Positions 60,882 to 64,000 of a stretch of 64,000 nucleotides of DNA are shown here, piece after piece. The stretch's first letter is position 1. Every line of letters begins with the position of its first letter. The notes below the pieces were generated by a model. It saw only the letters and a program-made list of their open reading frames with translations, was not told the DNA's origin and did not search any database. The stretch comes from Candidatus Cloacimonadota bacterium (lineage in GTDB: Bacteria > Cloacimonadota > Cloacimonadia > G963667145), in assembly GCA_963667255.1 (NCBI GenBank), contig OY762940.1:64001-128000 (forward strand), read 5' to 3'. Both the position numbers and the translations under genes were made by a program.

Positions 60882-61190
60882 CCAAGCACCTATTTTTAAC
60901 TTCAAACTTTATCAGAATTTTCAACTCTCTTTAATAAATGTCTTTTAGAATTGCCATTCTGTTTCAGCATTCTTTCTCTTTTTCTCGCATCACTTTCCGA
61001 TAAATAAGCTTCATAATATACAAGCTTCCAATTACCAAAACTTGTATACTCACTCTTACCACTCAAATGCTCAGAAATCCGTCATTTTAAATCCTTGGTG
61101 TAACCAATATAATGTAAGTTTCTATTTATTTCAGTAAATAGACATCATACATAGCTACTCCTTAATTCAAAATTAAAAATAGGTGCTTGG
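60882..61190 (-). mobile_element. 309-bp intervening sequence at 23S helix 45 with ~20-bp terminal inverted repeats
   Basis: AT-rich insert between conserved ACCGAAATCGCGG and GGTAGGAGAGCATT; ends CCAAGCACCTATTTTTAA / TTAAAAATAGGTGCTTGG. Confidence 0.9.
60902..61152 (-). pseudogene. Small GIY-YIG nuclease gene, disrupted (frameshift plus internal TGA), inside the IVS
   Basis: AAGGAG RBS; MYDVYLLK / NRNLHYIGYTKDLK*RISEHLSGKSEYTSFGNWKLVYYEAYLSESDARKRERMLKQNGNSKRHLLKRVENSDKV*. Confidence 0.85.
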
Positions 61191-61867
61191 CCGCGATTTC
61201 GGTATTATACTTATCAGTCCCGATCATCTTCGGTGCATTACCACTTAACCAGTGAGCTATTACGCACTCTTTAAATGATAGCTGCTTCTAAGCTAACATC
61301 CTGGCTGTCTTTGCAATAAAACATCCTTTCTCACTAAGTATAAATTTAGGGACCTTAATCGTCGGTTAGGGATCTTTCCCTCTCGCCCATGGAGCTTATC
61401 CCCCACAGACTGTCTCCCTTACATCAAATTACGGTATTCGGAGTTTATTAAGGTTCGGTAGGCTTGTAGGCCCCCTAGCCTAATTAGTGCTCTACCCCCG
61501 CAATTCTAATAAGAGGCACTGCCTAAACAGTTTTCGGAGAGAACCAGATATCGCCCGGTTTGATTGGCCTTTCACCCCTACCAACAGCTCATCCACTGAT
61601 TTTTCAACATCAGTTGGTTCGGTCCTCCATTTGGTTTTACCCAAACTTCAACCTGGCCATAGGTAGATCACCGGGTTTCGGGTCTAATCCTGCCAACTAA
61701 ACGCGCTATTAACACTCGCTTTCGCTTCGGCTCCATCACTTTATGATTTAACCTTGCTGACAAAATTAACTCGCTAGCTCATTATACAAAAGGCACGCCA
61801 TCGCCCGACAAGCAGGCTCTGACTGATTATAAACATACGGTTTCAGATACTATTTCACTCCCCTTCC

Positions 61868-61915
<48 letters not shown>

Positions 61916-62100
61916 AAAATGTATTTAGCCTTACCGGATGGTCCCGGCAGATTCAGACAGGGTTTCACGTGCCCCGCCCTACTTGGGATACTGCTACAGC
62001 AGATACAGAATTTCGTCTACAGGAGTTTCACCTTCTTCGCTCCAGCTTTCCAGCTAAGTTCGACTATCCTCTATCAGTCCGATATCGCAGTCCCGCAACC

Positions 62101-62179
62101 CCAAGCACCTATTTTTAACTCGTTTCTATTCTCTAATTCTGTTTGCAATTCCTTCTCAGAATTAAAAATAGGTGCTTGG
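62101..62179 (-). mobile_element. 79-bp ORF-less 23S insertion with the same inverted ends as the helix-45 IVS
   Basis: Lies just 3' of AGTAGTGGCGAGCGAACGGGAAAGAGCCTAAA; both 20-nt arms identical to those of 60882..61190. Confidence 0.8.
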
Positions 62180-62587
62180 TTTAGGCTCTTTCCCGTTCGC
62201 TCGCCACTACTTAGGAAATCATTATTTATTTTCTTTTCCTGCGGTTACCTTAGATGTTTCAATTCACCGCGTATGCCTCAAGTAAAGTACTTGATAGTCA
62301 GGTATAACCCTGACTGGGTTGCCCCATTCGGAAATTCCCGGGTCAAAGCTTGCTTACAGCTATCCGAGACTTATCGCAGCAAACCACGTCCTTCTTCGCC
62401 ATTTTTGCGCCAAGGCATTCACCGTATGCCCTTTCTACTTAATTTTTCGATTCTCTTTAATAATCTCACCACTTCTATAAAACTTCTTCTTAAAAGAACT
62501 ATAAAATAAATTACTAGCCCAAAAATTGAGCCATTAATTTATTCTTTATACTCATCAATCAAATCGCTCATCCATCACAAAAAAAAA

Positions 62588-62663
<76 letters not shown>

Positions 62664-62686
62664 GAGGCAAATTGCAGGCAATTTGC

Positions 62687-62720
62687 AATTAATAAGTTAT
62701 AATTAAAAATTGATAATTAC
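62687..62720. repeat. Heptamer array 3' of the four-helix-bundle gene, inverted relative to 63107..63141
   Basis: AATTAAT-AAGTTAT-AATTAAA-AATTGAT-AATTAC. Confidence 0.65.
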
Positions 62721-62742
62721 CACTCCTAACCACCAAAAACAT

Positions 62743-63090
62743 CTAATTACTCTTAGATTTTTTAACTATTGTGGTCAGAAGTTTAATTATCTCTATCAAA
62801 TCACATTTGAGGCTATCAATTTCATCCTCTGTCAAATAAGCATCTGCCAACAAATCCAGCCAGTATTCTGTTTCTCCAGCCTCTTTGAGAGCTATTGACA
62901 GTTTTGATATGAAATCTTTTTTGCTTTGAGCGTTCTGACTTTCTCTGATATTAGCACCTATCGAAGTACCGCTTCTTAAAATCTGTTTCGAAAGCACATA
63001 CTCATTTTTGACAGCTGTCAGATGCCGATAAAACCTAACAATTCGCTTTGCAAACTGAAAAGCCTTGTCATAAACAATATTATCTTTCAT
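62743..63090 (-). CDS. Four-helix-bundle protein (23S rRNA intervening-sequence protein/TIGR02436-like) in the 16S-23S spacer
   Basis: LSKQILRSGTSIGANIRE, DFISKLSIALKEAGETEYWL. Confidence 0.92.
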   Translation of the reverse strand: MKDNIVYDKAFQFAKRIVRFYRHLTAVKNEYVLSKQILRSGTSIGANIRESQNAQSKKDFISKLSIALKEAGETEYWLDLLADAYLTEDEIDSLKCDLIEIIKLLTTIVKKSKSN

Positions 63091-63106
63091 ATCTTCCCAA
63101 ACCCCA

Positions 63107-63141
63107 AATTATCATTTATCCATTGTCAATTATCAATTATA
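63107..63141. repeat. Heptamer array 5' of the four-helix-bundle gene
   Basis: AATTATC-ATTTATC-CATTGTC-AATTATC-AATTATA. Confidence 0.75.
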
Positions 63142-63143
63142 AA

Positions 63144-63220
<77 letters not shown>

Positions 63221-63284
63221 ATTAGGATTTAAAAAAATTATGTAGAGTAAACCAGAAGCCAATCTTTTGGTTTTTTTCCTTTAA

Positions 63285-64000
<716 letters not shown>

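Noticed and set aside
61082..61084. TGA recoding (alternative genetic code or Sec) rescuing the GIY-YIG ORF
   Set aside because: Core genes read normally in the standard code with TGA stops, and an independent frameshift lies upstream.
60882..61190. Group I intron with homing endonuclease
   Set aside because: The ORF remnant fills almost the whole 309 bp, leaving no room for a ribozyme core; the ends form a simple long stem typical of an IVS.
62743..63090. Diversity-generating retroelement (Avd-like protein)
   Set aside because: No reverse transcriptase or TR/VR pair; the only long repeat pair differs at just two synonymous positions.

Overview
AT-rich bacterial chromosome segment from a diderm, probably anaerobic organism. 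Gene content and order are tentatively consistent with Cloacimonadota; this is inference only. The + strand is C>G skewed and most core genes lie on the - strand. The backbone is housekeeping: tsaD, miaA-mutL-xerC, tRNA-Pro, rplM-rpsI-rpsB-tsf-pyrH-frr-tmk-S41 protease-rnhC, murJ-uvrC, two tandem LysM transglycosylases, rpmF-plsX-fabD-fabG-acpP-fabF-rnc, trpB, cspA, guaA and an rRNA operon (partial 16S, tRNA-Ile, tRNA-Ala, 23S, 5S). The most interesting signal is in the rRNA operon. The 23S gene carries two insertions with near-identical ~20-bp inverted ends (CCAAGCACCTATTTTTAA...TTAAAAATAGGTGCTTGG). One is 309 bp, lies at helix 45 and hides an unannotated, disrupted GIY-YIG nuclease gene with its own RBS. 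The other is a 79-bp ORF-less version. A collapsed copy of the same palindrome sits 52 kb away behind a ferredoxin gene. Together these look like an autonomous/non-autonomous family of hairpin-bounded mobile elements. The 16S-23S spacer also holds a four-helix-bundle (23S rRNA IVP-like) gene bracketed by inverted heptamer arrays, with a solo array after the 5S gene. Other observations: a Trp-rich leader peptide upstream of a stand-alone trpB; a 3-gene amino-acid cassette flanked by 161-bp direct repeats of an SMR gene end; a HEPN-MNT toxin-antitoxin locus with the toxin deleted; a 1770-aa doubly degenerate kinase coupled to tsaD; a skew-inverted islet with a T-tract frameshift; and a possible fabH remnant.
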